From Deltaproteobacteria bacterium (lineage in GTDB: Bacteria; Myxococcota_A; Polyangia; Fen-1088), in contig JANRKS010000026.1 of NCBI GenBank assembly GCA_033763315.1, forward strand, positions 64,001 through 128,000: a stretch of DNA of 64,000 nucleotides, read 5' to 3'. Position 1 is the stretch's first letter. Each line of letters starts with the position of its first letter. The notes under the pieces were generated by a model that was not told the DNA's origin, did no database searches, and was given only the letters and a program-made list of their open reading frames with translations. Positions 27,555-37,681 of the stretch are shown here, piece after piece. A program made the translations under genes and the position numbers.

Positions 27555-28841
27555 TTAGCGAAAGCCGTGGCGGCGTAGCAAACCAAGCAGGTACTGGCGA
27601 TCCATCTGTGCCATGCGCGCCGCCGCCGAAGCGTTGCCGTTGGTTGCCTTTATGAGCTGTGCCAAAAACGTTTGTTCGAACTTGTTGAGCGCTGCCTGCC
27701 GCGCGTCTTTGTAACTCACACCTAAATCGCCATCGGCGGTGACCACATGGGCCGTTGTAGGTTCAAGCGACACAGATCCCACGGCCAACGCGCTTTCAAC
27801 AACGTTGCGCAGCTCTCGGACGTTCCCCGTCCATCGATGCGCGCGCAACGCCGCCAAAGTGGCTTCCGCGAACGGCTGCCCGGGCACGCCGGTGATCTCG
27901 GTGGCAAAGTGCTCAACCAACGCGTCGATTTCTTCGGGACGTTCGCGCAGAGGTGGCACAAACAAACGGGCCACGGCAATGCGGAAATAAAGATCCGCGC
28001 GGAACGTGCCAGCGTTCGCCTCGGCGCGCAGGTCACGATGTGTGGCGCACACCAACCGCACATCGGTGGCCACGTCTTCTTTGCCACCCAAACGCCTGAA
28101 CTTGCGACGTTCCAAAACGCCCAACAAGGCGGGTTGCACCGAGGCGGGCAACTCGCCGATCTCATCGAGAAAAACCGTGCCACCGTTGGCCTGCTCGAAC
28201 GCGCCTTCATAGCGCTTGTCTGCGCCAGTGAAGGCTCCGCGCTCGTGGCCAAACAATTGCGAAGCAATCAAGGTCGGCGCCAACGCGGCAGCGTCGACAA
28301 CAACAAATGGCCCCTTGCGGCGCGGGCCAAGCTCATGAATGGCACGCGCCAGAACATCCTTGCCCGTGCCTGTTTCGCCCTGGATCAAAACGGACGCGTT
28401 CGATTCAGCAAGCACGCGCGCTTTGGTGGCCACATCGCGCATCGCTGGGCTGCCGATGATCACACCCGGTAAGGTTGCCTCCTTCGCTTGGGGAACCACA
28501 ACCTGCTCGGCGTCCACGGCGCTCAGCACATTGGCTCCAACCCTGATGCGCGTACCGGGGGGCACAATCGCATCCTGAACGCGAATGTCGCCGATGAACG
28601 TGCCGTTGCGGCTGCCCAGATCGTGCACACCAATGCCCTGGCTGGCCGTCAATTCCAGGTGATACCGGCTCACGAGGGGATCGGTCAAACGCATTTCGTT
28701 GTCAGGAAATGTGCCAATCGCCACCCGTCCACCCACGCCATCCACCGTCAAGCCTTTGTCGGGTCCATCCAGAACCTGCACCGTGATGCGGCGAACCGTC
28801 ATCGCCGAAAGCGGTTGGCTCTGCGTTTGTTCATGCTTCAT
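27555..28841 (-). CDS. FHA-domain sigma54-dependent enhancer-binding protein (Fis-family HTH)
   Basis: FHA motifs IGT..N..LTDPLVSRYH..DLGSRNGT; AAA+ motifs GETGTGKD, LFGHERGAFTGA, FLDEIGE, FRADLYFRI and WTGNVRELRN; HTH TNGNASAAARMAQMDR. Confidence 0.95.
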   Translation of the reverse strand: MKHEQTQSQPLSAMTVRRITVQVLDGPDKGLTVDGVGGRVAIGTFPDNEMRLTDPLVSRYHLELTASQGIGVHDLGSRNGTFIGDIRVQDAIVPPGTRIRVGANVLSAVDAEQVVVPQAKEATLPGVIIGSPAMRDVATKARVLAESNASVLIQGETGTGKDVLARAIHELGPRRKGPFVVVDAAALAPTLIASQLFGHERGAFTGADKRYEGAFEQANGGTVFLDEIGELPASVQPALLGVLERRKFRRLGGKEDVATDVRLVCATHRDLRAEANAGTFRADLYFRIAVARLFVPPLRERPEEIDALVEHFATEITGVPGQPFAEATLAALRAHRWTGNVRELRNVVESALAVGSVSLEPTTAHVVTADGDLGVSYKDARQAALNKFEQTFLAQLIKATNGNASAAARMAQMDRQYLLGLLRRHGFR

Positions 28842-28851
28842 GCGTGTGGGT

Positions 28852-29454
28852 TCAAGGTAGCATTGGTTGGTAGCAAGCGTGAAACAGCGATCCTGCAGCA
28901 ACGATGTCGTTCGCACACCGCACGCTTAAACGCTGATCAAACTGAGCCGACGACGCGGGGGGGCCCAGGGCGCACAGGCGAACGGCCTTGTCCAAGAACG
29001 CTCGTGTGCTCCATGCCGGGTCGCAGGCGCATGCGCCTGCCGTGGAGGATGGTTTCTGGCCGGTCTCGATCGACAAAGCGCGCAGGCAATAGACACGATC
29101 CGGTGCCAGGTCAATGATGGTGCCTGACATGGCCTCCGCCATCGCCGCGGGCGACGCCACCGTGGGTGCACCACACCGGCACACGCGCGAAGGCGCACGG
29201 CAAAGGCTTTGGTCTGAGAAACAGTCTTGGCAAAACGAGGGCAAAAACGAAGCGACGCTGCCGTCGATTACCTCGTAGGCCTCAATGATGTGAGCATCCA
29301 TGATCTGCAAGGGCCCGCCCGTGGCTGTGCCTCGGCAGGCCACGCCCGTGGTGCGCACAAGTTCCACCGACGTGATCTGCGTCTTGACGCCATTGTCACA
29401 ACCAGCGATGGCCGCGACAACACACACAAGAATGGGCCTAAACCGCAGCGTCAT
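28852..29454 (-). CDS. Cys-rich lipoprotein (paralog 2)
   Basis: Lipobox IAGC, CQDCFSDQSLCRAPSRVCRCG and CACDPAW. ATGA overlap with paralog 1. Confidence 0.7.
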   Translation of the reverse strand: MTLRFRPILVCVVAAIAGCDNGVKTQITSVELVRTTGVACRGTATGGPLQIMDAHIIEAYEVIDGSVASFLPSFCQDCFSDQSLCRAPSRVCRCGAPTVASPAAMAEAMSGTIIDLAPDRVYCLRALSIETGQKPSSTAGACACDPAWSTRAFLDKAVRLCALGPPASSAQFDQRLSVRCANDIVAAGSLFHACYQPMLP

Positions 29455-30008
29455 GGTTCACACAAACCATGGCTCGCATCTGCGGGGCACTGCACGCGCA
29501 AAGTGTAAGGCAAGGCAGAAGGCACAAGCGGGGCAGAGAGCGCACAAACGCTATTGGGGTTTGGCTTTAGCCACTCCGGATCACACTCACACACGCGAGC
29601 CGCGGGGGCCGCGGAAACTGAACCGCGCACCAAAGCGCGCACACGCACGCAGTTTTGTGTGTCGCTCGACAAGCTTCCGATCGACTGGCCCTTCAAAGCC
29701 ATGGCCAAAGCCGTGACGGGCGCCTGTGCCTGCAGCGTGCCACCGCAGTAGCACACGGCCTGCTCCAGAGCGCACGATTTGGGATTGGCAAAACAGTCCG
29801 CGCACCCCTGCAGCGTTGTCGATAAACGTTGCCCAGCGAGCGCGCGGTACGACGACACAACATACGTATCGAATTGCGGCACCCCACCGGAAACATCGAT
29901 ACACGCAGGGGTGGCATCGCGAAAAAACTCCAAAGGCGACACTTGCGTGGCCTCGTGACACGCGCCCAGCCATAAACCACAGGCCACAACCTTAGCGAAA
30001 CACCGCAA
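29451..30008 (-). CDS. Cys-rich lipoprotein (paralog 1)
   Basis: TTG start at 30008 with AGGAGG SD, lipobox LGAC, CADCFANPKSCALEQAVCYCGG and CECDPEW. Confidence 0.7.
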   Translation of the reverse strand: MRCFAKVVACGLWLGACHEATQVSPLEFFRDATPACIDVSGGVPQFDTYVVSSYRALAGQRLSTTLQGCADCFANPKSCALEQAVCYCGGTLQAQAPVTALAMALKGQSIGSLSSDTQNCVRVRALVRGSVSAAPAARVCECDPEWLKPNPNSVCALSAPLVPSALPYTLRVQCPADASHGLCEP

Positions 30009-31104
30009 TGTGTTTGACCTCCTGCGGTTGCGCCGCCCACCACACGAGCCCTCCCACCAGCGCCACACCCACGGCCGAGGAAAGCCAAAACAACGGGTGT
30101 TTATAGAACGGTTTTGGCACCACCACACCCTTCCATTCTTCAATCAAAATGTGGCTAAGCGTGCGTGCTGACGCCGGCCCGCTATCAACCACCATTTGTG
30201 ACCAACGCTTATTCAAGGCACGGTCGTAGAGCACCCCATAAAATCGCCCCTCGTGGTTCCACAACAAGAGGGCCACGCGCACCGACCAGGCCTGCGTGGC
30301 AGCTCTCAAAGTGTCGCCTTCATTAGCGAACGCGGCCACGTCACGGGTCTCCCCCAACGCACGCGCCAGTTGTTCCTGCGTGTCCGCGGCGTTGCCTTCG
30401 TCGAGCGCCAACGTCACCGTTTGAGGCGCGCCCAAAACAATCGGCAAAGCGCGTTGCCGAAAACCCAGGTGCTTGGCCACCAAAACGTGCTCGCCCGCCA
30501 ACACGTTCACATCACAAGGCGTGGCCACACACGCGGGGCGCCCGTCCAACTCCACGCGGCTGGTTTCGGGCACCGCCCGCACTTTGATCGTCACGCGCCC
30601 CTGCTCTTCCAATTGTTGCCGCGCGCGCTGAACCTCTCGTTGGAACTCAGGTGGCGTGCGCCGCAGCGTTTCGCCGGCGTCCAACTCGAAGGCCAAGAGC
30701 TTGCGCGTGATCTGCTGCGCCAAAGGTTTGCTGCCAGCGCCGTGGGCACAAGCCGCGCCCACGATTGCGGCTTGGGTGGCGGCCTGGCGTTGGCCTTCTT
30801 CAATCAATCGATCCAAAGACAAATCAGCGTCCTGAATCAAAGCGAGGCAGCGCAAAAAATCAGCCTCCACGTACGCCCCCCAAAGCGCACGCAATTTCGG
30901 CTGCACGTCACGCGGCCCTGGTGGCGCGGCCGGCACCAACCGCACCACTTGCCACTGTCCGTCGTCGGTGGCCGCCAGCGCTTCTTGCAACCGCGGCAAA
31001 TCAACGTCAACGCCCACCACCACGCCGCCCGGTGGCACCGCAAAGACTCTGGGCGCACACATCGCCAGGACCGCGCCACACAAAGCGCCGAACAATCGAG
31101 CCAT
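29992..31104 (-). CDS. PEGA-domain protein with signal peptide and C-terminal membrane anchor
   Basis: Signal peptide, helical region, VRAVPETSRVELDGR..TPCDVNVLAGEHVLVAKHLGF, and KPFYKHPLFW plus a TM segment. Confidence 0.8.
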   Translation of the reverse strand: MARLFGALCGAVLAMCAPRVFAVPPGGVVVGVDVDLPRLQEALAATDDGQWQVVRLVPAAPPGPRDVQPKLRALWGAYVEADFLRCLALIQDADLSLDRLIEEGQRQAATQAAIVGAACAHGAGSKPLAQQITRKLLAFELDAGETLRRTPPEFQREVQRARQQLEEQGRVTIKVRAVPETSRVELDGRPACVATPCDVNVLAGEHVLVAKHLGFRQRALPIVLGAPQTVTLALDEGNAADTQEQLARALGETRDVAAFANEGDTLRAATQAWSVRVALLLWNHEGRFYGVLYDRALNKRWSQMVVDSGPASARTLSHILIEEWKGVVVPKPFYKHPLFWLSSAVGVALVGGLVWWAAQPQEVKHIAVFR

Positions 31105-31163
31105 GCGAAACAGGTTAACACCTCACGGGCCCGCCCGAGCGATTCGCGCCACCCGGCCCATTC

Positions 31164-31195
31164 GAAAACAAGAAGCCGACCTTGCGGCCGGCTTC
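31164..31195 (-). terminator. rho-independent terminator
   Basis: Minus strand GAAGCCGGCC-GCAA-GGTCGGCTTC hairpin followed by TTGTTTTC. Confidence 0.6.
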
Positions 31196-31503
31196 CGTTA
31201 TTGACTGACACTATGTTTTGGCGACGACGTCGTCGATGCAGTTGCTGTGGGCCCCTTGATCTCCACCTTCAACAAGCCATCCCAATTCAGGAGCATAGGC
31301 GTTTCAAGCTGCATTTGCGCCTGCGTCATGAGGGCAACCATTGAGGCAAAGCGTTTCAAAAGACCGAAAACATCGATTCCGTCACTACGTTCCCCCGGTG
31401 AAAAACAAGGATTCTGCGCCTATTCCAGTCCACGGGACAGACGTATCCCTTGGCGATCGCCGGCCCTGGTTCGCCACCATTGCCTCTCCGCCAACACACC
31501 CTG

Positions 31504-32448
31504 CTACCAGTCGGCTGCGTCGCTTGGCGGCGCCCGCGCTGCCGCCACTTTGGGCGCGAAGGAGTTTTCTCCCAAGTGCTCCAGTATCCTCTCCACAGCA
31601 TTCTGGTTAAACACTGCCGCCAAAACCGTCATGCGTCCGCCGCATCGACCACACGCAAGCACGTCAATCTTGAACACGCGCATCAACAACGCTGCCCAAG
31701 GGATTCGCTGACAGCATTTGCCTTTGTGCGGAGCCTGTTTAGGGGTTGCACCGGTGCAGGCTTGCCGTCGTGGCACAATCGCCGAGCGCCAGCCTGAAGC
31801 CGGCGCAAGCACACCGTGGTACCGCATCGTATGGCTTCGAGGGCGGGGTATCAGAGGTATCAATTTCTCGATCAACTCCCCCGGCGATAGCAACAAGTGT
31901 GTTGTGCCATCCGACCAAGCTCGCTTGAGGCGCAGCGACAGACTTCCGTCTTCGCGCTCTTGCAATCGATCATCGGACAGAGGGGGTCTTGCAATGTACC
32001 TGCACAACGCTTCGAGTCCCACACGATCATTGGCTGCCACGCGAACGTTTGTATGAATGTTGAAACCTTCAACCTCTGCGCAGGTTTTTCCCAGAAAACG
32101 CGCAACAGGTGTCTGTCCGGATTTTAAGCGCCGAATTGGCAATCCCCGGCGTGATCCTGTGGCCACCATGCGACGTAATGATGCAGCCGCCATGGCCACC
32201 ATGGCTGGCTCACGCACACCAACCGCATCCAGATCTGTATCGAAAAGCTTGGCCACCCGCCTATACACCCGCATCGCCACCTCACCCACGTCTTCATCGT
32301 CAGGTGCTGCCACGGCGTAGAACTGTGGCTTCCCTGCCGCATCCACTGCATAGGCGCCATCAAGCACCAGCGCATGAAAATGTACATTCAACGCCAGCGC
32401 CGAATCGAAACGTTGGATTGCAGTTGCCGCTCCCGTTTTCAGCAGCAA
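31504..32448 (-). mobile_element. IS91-family (Y2 rolling-circle) transposase, 5'-truncated
   Basis: IQRFDSALALNVHFHALVLDG (HUH motif), GFNIH, LCRYIARPP, WSDGTT, RYHGVLAP and WAALLMRVF.IDVLACGRCGGRM. The N-terminal Zn-binding domain is absent. Confidence 0.85.
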
Positions 32449-32483
32449 TCAACGGCAAAAGGCCGATCGCCTTCACTGCCGAC

Positions 32484-32662
32484 CTCGACCAATTCATCGT
32501 TGTTGGCCAACCTCACCTGCATCATCTTGTCCGTAAATACGTCGCTACAACAACGCCGAACGTTATGCTCAAAGGCATCGCTGGGATGACTGCAACGCTT
32601 ACGTGCGGTCACGACGTGCGGGGGAACGCGTGATGCAACTGCTGCAGCGGCTGTACGCGTAG
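32484..32662 (+). pseudogene. integrase-core (rve-like) transposase C-terminal remnant
   Basis: LDQFIVVGQPHLHHLVRKYVA, then frameshifted YNNAER..GI..LQRLYA*. Resembles the ECLD..HL...Y..YYN..R.HQG motif of rve-type transposases. Confidence 0.55.
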
Positions 32663-32775
32663 CGCACGAATGCGTGTCCGCGGCTTTCCAGCTCTTTATC
32701 CACTTCGTCCAAAAGCACGTTCGCCCTCCTTCAGGGGGGCTCCCCACGACAGCGCCCACGCTGGGCGCACCATGC

Positions 32776-32810
32776 AAAAACCCCTGCAAGCCATAAGGTC
32801 TGCAGGGGTT
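32776..32810 (-). terminator. rho-independent terminator of the peroxiredoxin gene
   Basis: AACCCCTGCA...TGCAGGGGTT stem ending in a T-run on the minus strand, ~20 bp after the stop codon. Confidence 0.75.
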
Positions 32811-32831
32811 CTCGACACAAACAGCTACGCG

Positions 32832-33431
32832 CTATTTGGCAACTTTTTGAAAGTAAGCCTTTGAGCCCTTCGGGTCGGCCTTCATCGTCTCTTGGCCGGG
32901 CTTCCAATCCGCGGGGCACACGTCGCCGTGTTCTGCGTTGAAGCGCAAAGCTTGAATCACGCGCAAGGCCTCGTCCACCGAACGGCCCACAGGCAGGTCG
33001 TTCATGGTGATGTGGCGCAGCTTGCCTTCGGGATCGATGATGAACAGACCGCGCAATGTCACGCCAGCGTCGCCGCCATCTTCGATCAGAACGTCGTACG
33101 CCTTGGCCACTTCACGGGTCACGTCGGCCAACAACGGAATCTTCACGCCCGAGATGCCGCCCTCTTTGCGCGACGTATTCCACCAAGCCAAGTGCGAAAA
33201 CACGCTGTCGATCGAAGCGCCCACAACTTCAGCGTTGAGCTTTTGAAATTCTTCGGAGCGGTCGGAGAAGGCCAAGATCTCCGTGGGACACACAAACGTG
33301 AAATCCAACGGGTAAAAGAATAAGACCAGGTACTTGCCCTTATAGTCTTTCAGCGAAACCGTACGGAATTCGCCGTTGTGCATGGCCTGGGTCGAAAAGT
33401 CGGGAGCCGGGTGTTGAACCTTGGCGGTCAT
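32832..33431 (-). CDS. ahpC: typical 2-Cys peroxiredoxin (AhpC/Prx1)
   Basis: [36 protein letters not shown] and VCPADW. AGGAG SD before ATG 33431. Confidence 0.96.
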   Translation of the reverse strand: MTAKVQHPAPDFSTQAMHNGEFRTVSLKDYKGKYLVLFFYPLDFTFVCPTEILAFSDRSEEFQKLNAEVVGASIDSVFSHLAWWNTSRKEGGISGVKIPLLADVTREVAKAYDVLIEDGGDAGVTLRGLFIIDPEGKLRHITMNDLPVGRSVDEALRVIQALRFNAEHGDVCPADWKPGQETMKADPKGSKAYFQKVAK

Positions 33432-33612
33432 GAAGAATCTCCTGTGAAACGATTGTTTGCCTGTTTGGATGCCAACCGTGGTGGGCACGTGACAAAGAGG
33501 AGAACCTAGCAGGGGATGGCCCCGCGTCACAGCCCATCAGGCCGGCTTAGGCACAGCCAGGCCGAAGTCGCTTGCACTTTATGTGGTTAGCGCCGATACA
33601 ATCCGGCCAAAC

Positions 33613-34659
33613 ATGGACTTGGCTGTCTCTCGGCGCGCGAGCGCACGCAACTCATTGTTAACTCGACCCGGCGCCTGCTTCACCTGCCACGCGGATGGCT
33701 CTTGCTGCACAAGCATCCACCTGCTGGGCCCCGTCACGCGCTCTGAAATGGTGCCCGTCAACCGGCTGCGCAAACACTCGGTGGTTTGGGACAAAGACAT
33801 TCGCGGCCACGTCTTCGCTTACAAAGAGAACGGCACATGCGTGTTCTTGCGCGACGACAACCTGTGCGGCGTACACGCGAAGATCGGTGTGGATCAAAAA
33901 CCCGCCACCTGCCGCAAGTTTCCCTACTCTTTGGTTGCCACGCCGGACGGGCGTCGCGTGGTCACAGCGCATCGTTGTTCCTGCCGCACCATGGGCGATC
34001 GGGCGCCTCTTGATCCCGTAACGGTGGAAAAAGAAATTCGCATCGAAGGCGAGCCTTTGCGATCGGAGCGCGCCGTCAGCGGCCGCATCCCCGTGGCACC
34101 GCGCCAGCACGTGAGCTTTGAAACGTGGAAAGGCATCGAAGCCGGATTGCTCGACCGTCTGGCCAATCTTGAGAACCCGTGGAAGGTGCTCAAAGCCAAG
34201 CCCTTCCCAAAGCTCGCCAAACGCCGTCAGTGGGCGGACGTGGCCGAGGATTACCACGATCAATTCGATGACTCCGCCTTCGAGATTGCCAAGGCATGGT
34301 TTGGCGACGCCATCTTGTTCGTCACCGAAGGTGAAGCGTTTCCGAAGCGAGAACGACCGTGGGCGCGTTTTTATGACGGCGCCGAAAAACGCGCGAAGCA
34401 AAAACGCAAACCCGTTGAGATGCTGAATGACTTCCTGGCGGATGCCATTTGGTCGTTCGACTGGCTGGACTACGGCAGCTTTGCGCGCGGGCGCTATGAG
34501 ATGGCCACCCGATTGGCGGTGGCCGACGCCATCGGCAAGCACCTGATCAAGCGCGGGATTCGGGCTGACCGTGCTTATGCCGAAGCATTGCTGGTGATCG
34601 AGCTTGTGGGCATCACCGAGCATTGGGAGGAAGTTGTTCCTCTGATGCCCAACAAATAA
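33613..34659 (+). CDS. YkgJ/CxxCxxCC-family Fe-S/Zn cluster protein
   Basis: FTCHADGSCC, CVFLRDDNLCGVH and KPATCRKFP. Confidence 0.85.
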   Translation: MDLAVSRRASARNSLLTRPGACFTCHADGSCCTSIHLLGPVTRSEMVPVNRLRKHSVVWDKDIRGHVFAYKENGTCVFLRDDNLCGVHAKIGVDQKPATCRKFPYSLVATPDGRRVVTAHRCSCRTMGDRAPLDPVTVEKEIRIEGEPLRSERAVSGRIPVAPRQHVSFETWKGIEAGLLDRLANLENPWKVLKAKPFPKLAKRRQWADVAEDYHDQFDDSAFEIAKAWFGDAILFVTEGEAFPKRERPWARFYDGAEKRAKQKRKPVEMLNDFLADAIWSFDWLDYGSFARGRYEMATRLAVADAIGKHLIKRGIRADRAYAEALLVIELVGITEHWEEVVPLMPNK

Positions 34660-34714
34660 GCCTCGCAGTCGCGCAACGTTGGGCCGAGCGCGCCAACCAC
34701 GATATGATGGGCGC

Positions 34715-37681
34715 GTGTACAAAGTCGCCATCTGTTTGTTTTGGACTTTGTTCTTTGCGCCCGCGGTCCAAGCCTTTGCCTACGAAACCTTAGGCACAAC
34801 CGTCACCACGCGGCCGCGCCCCCTTGGCAAGCCCCCTTTGCGCACCTTCACGGTAAACGGGCGCGTGTGGGACTTTGCCCAAACACGTGACGGTCGCCTA
34901 TGGTCGGCAGGCAGCCTCGGGTTGAGCGCCTTTGAGGGCAAGGCTTGGAGCGTGATCGAAGGGGACGGAGCGCCCCGTGGCGAGATCCGCGCGCTTGCAC
35001 TTATGCCCGATGGGTCGCTTTACGCGGGTGGCGCCCAGGGGCTATGGCGGTTGCCAGAGCCGGGTTGGACGTTCACGAAAGTGGGCGGACCTCCCCTGGC
35101 CGTGCAGGCGTTGGCTTCGATCGGCAACAAGCTGTGGGTGGGCACGCCCCAAGGCCTTTATGTGCTTGCAGACGATCAAGGGCCCCTGCAAGCGCGTCTC
35201 ATTGATGACACCGAAGGCAAGAACGTCACGGCACTGGCAGCCACCGGTGACGGCGAGAACGTTTGGGTGGGCACCACGCAAGGCATCGAATTGCTGGCCG
35301 GGCAAACCCTCGCAAACGTCTGGCAAGGCAGCGCTGTCCACGCAATCACCGGATCCAAGGGCGGCACCTGGTATGCCGGCAGCGAAGATCACGGATTGCT
35401 TGTGCGGCAAGCCGGTGGCGCGTGGACGTCCGGCGTGGGCAAGGATTGGGCGTTTGATCCCACAGTGTTGAGCGTGGCGGTCGACGGCCCCAACGCCTTG
35501 TGGGCCGGCATCAGCAGCGGCCTTGTGCAAGGGAAGCAGGGCGTTTTTTCGCGCGTCTTGGAAACCAAAGATCTGCCTGAAGCGCGCGTTCAAGCCTTGT
35601 TCGTAGACGAAAGCCACAACTTGTGGATGGGGCTCGACGGCAACTCGGTGGTGCAGTTACGCCAGGACTTGCCCATCGCCGCGTATCCTCACGCCGAAGG
35701 TGAATTGCCGTTTGCCCTGACCAGCACCAGCGATGGCTCCGTGTGGATGACGATGGGCCGTGGGTTGCAGCGATGGACCGATAAGCAGTTGAGCCTCATC
35801 ATGCCGGCCAAACGCCCGTTCTGGAGCCTTCGTTCCATCGCGGCGGCGTCGCCCGCCCGGCTGTGGGCCGCGGACTTCAACCTCGCGGTCCTGCAACTAG
35901 ACGTCGCTGCGGAGGGCTACGAACTGGCAGCGCTGCCCGGCCGTGGAGGACGGTTGGAAGGCGCCACCACCACATATGCCGCCCCCGACGGTTCGTTGTG
36001 GCTTGGCTATGACAACGGTGATGTGGCGCATGTACGCGGTGAACAAGTGGATGCCTACCCTGCGGACGCTTCGGGTTGCAACGGGCGCATCACACGCTTG
36101 CTGCAATACACGCCGACCCAGATCCTCGTGTCCACCACCGAAACGGGCGCGTGCCTGCTGCACTTGCCCACCAAGCACTATGAACGCGTTGGTACGCCCG
36201 CTGAGCACGCCTATTCGATCACCACGCTTGCGCGTCTATCGAACGGCGAAGTGTGGCTTGGTTCGCTGCAAAACGGCGTGGGCCGCCTGGCCAACAAACA
36301 CATCACGTGGGTGGGTTATGATCAAGGCTTGCGCACCGAACTGGTGGCCGCGATCCTCGAAGATCGCCGGCACAACATTTGGTTGGCCGCGCGCTCTGGC
36401 ATCATCCGGATCCCCGCGCACCAGCTTTCAGATACCGCTGACGGCAAACGCACAGGGGTTGAGCCCTTGCCGCTGGCCACGGCCGATGGGTTGATGAGCA
36501 CCGATTGCTTTTCTGGGTGGGCGGATCCAGCGGTGGTGGACACCCAAGGCAAACTTTGGATCCTTACACTCAAGGGACCGTTGATGATCGACCACCCTGA
36601 AGGTTGGCCGGCACCTGTGTGGCATGCCCCTGAGATCGCCTCGCTCTCGATCAATGGCCGTCCGCTTTACGCACGCGGGGGCGAAACCTTGCAAGCGAGC
36701 GCCGATCAAGGCAACGTCGAGATCCACTACCGCGCGGTGGCCCTGTCCGAAGGGCGGCGGGTGCAATTCAGGTACAAGCTGGATGGCTTCGACAAACAGT
36801 GGGTGGAAGCCAGCGATCGCGCCGAGGCATTCTACACAAACTTGGCGCCCGGCCGATACCAGTTTCGCCTGCAGGCCAGCTTGCGCGGTTTTGGGGCCGT
36901 CAAAGACATGCCACCGCTTGTGGTGAAGCTGATCCCACCCTTTCATAAGACCGTTCCGTTTTACATTCTTTGCGCGCTGGGCGCGCTCGCGCTCGTGGCG
37001 CTGGTGATGCGCGCAAGGTCGCAGGAGCGACGTCGCCAGCAGACTTTGCTCGCGGCGGAGCGTCGCCGCATCTCACAAGACATACATGATTCGCTCGAAC
37101 AAACCTTCGTGGCAATGCGGTTTCAAATGGATGCGGCACGTCTTGTGCTGGGCGCCAATGAGCCCGCACAAGGGCCGTTGGAGCGAACCATGTCATTGAT
37201 GAACCGCGCTATGAAGGAGACCCGGGCGGCCATTTGGGCGTTGCGCGCTGAATTTCCGGGCAAAGCGGATCTGGTTTCACAGATCGCCATCGTGGCCGGT
37301 GAAGCGTCGCAAGGCCAAGGTTTGCAGGTGCAGGTCAAAGCCACAGGTGAGCCATTCGCCTTACCTGTGGAGGTGCAACGCCATGCGCTCCAGATCACAC
37401 GCGAGGCACTGTCAAACGCGATGAAACACGCCAAGGCCGCCAACGTGCTAGTGGAGATTTCGTTCACCGCTGCGTCCGTCATGATAAGAATGACCGACGA
37501 CGGGCAGGGGTTTTCTTTACAGCCGTCAGTCACGCTTGCAGGACATTATGGGCTTAGCGGTATGAAAGAACGGGCGCAGCAGATTCGTGCACAGCTGGAC
37601 ATACAAAGCACACCGGGGAAAGGCACCACGGTTGCCCTCACCATTCCCCGCCCCCATAAGCCTAAACAAGGACTGTCATGA
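34715..37681 (+). CDS. beta-propeller (Reg_prop)/Y_Y_Y sensor histidine kinase, HisKA_3 type
   Basis: Repeated LWVGT/NLWMG blades, FRYKLDGFDKQW..YTNLAPGRYQF, TM helix, ERRRISQDIHDSLEQ, EALSNAMKH, DDGQGF and GLSGMKER. Confidence 0.93.
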   Translation: MYKVAICLFWTLFFAPAVQAFAYETLGTTVTTRPRPLGKPPLRTFTVNGRVWDFAQTRDGRLWSAGSLGLSAFEGKAWSVIEGDGAPRGEIRALALMPDGSLYAGGAQGLWRLPEPGWTFTKVGGPPLAVQALASIGNKLWVGTPQGLYVLADDQGPLQARLIDDTEGKNVTALAATGDGENVWVGTTQGIELLAGQTLANVWQGSAVHAITGSKGGTWYAGSEDHGLLVRQAGGAWTSGVGKDWAFDPTVLSVAVDGPNALWAGISSGLVQGKQGVFSRVLETKDLPEARVQALFVDESHNLWMGLDGNSVVQLRQDLPIAAYPHAEGELPFALTSTSDGSVWMTMGRGLQRWTDKQLSLIMPAKRPFWSLRSIAAASPARLWAADFNLAVLQLDVAAEGYELAALPGRGGRLEGATTTYAAPDGSLWLGYDNGDVAHVRGEQVDAYPADASGCNGRITRLLQYTPTQILVSTTETGACLLHLPTKHYERVGTPAEHAYSITTLARLSNGEVWLGSLQNGVGRLANKHITWVGYDQGLRTELVAAILEDRRHNIWLAARSGIIRIPAHQLSDTADGKRTGVEPLPLATADGLMSTDCFSGWADPAVVDTQGKLWILTLKGPLMIDHPEGWPAPVWHAPEIASLSINGRPLYARGGETLQASADQGNVEIHYRAVALSEGRRVQFRYKLDGFDKQWVEASDRAEAFYTNLAPGRYQFRLQASLRGFGAVKDMPPLVVKLIPPFHKTVPFYILCALGALALVALVMRARSQERRRQQTLLAAERRRISQDIHDSLEQTFVAMRFQMDAARLVLGANEPAQGPLERTMSLMNRAMKETRAAIWALRAEFPGKADLVSQIAIVAGEASQGQGLQVQVKATGEPFALPVEVQRHALQITREALSNAMKHAKAANVLVEISFTAASVMIRMTDDGQGFSLQPSVTLAGHYGLSGMKERAQQIRAQLDIQSTPGKGTTVALTIPRPHKPKQGLS

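Noticed and set aside
31380-31503. IS91 oriIS end near a GAAC tetranucleotide
   Set aside because: I could not recognise the conserved oriIS terminal motif, so the element boundary cannot be supported.
32536-32568. attC-like end ACGTCG...CCGAACGTTATGC
   Set aside because: No matching inverse core site or integron integrase, and the segment is better explained as coding remnant of an rve-type transposase.
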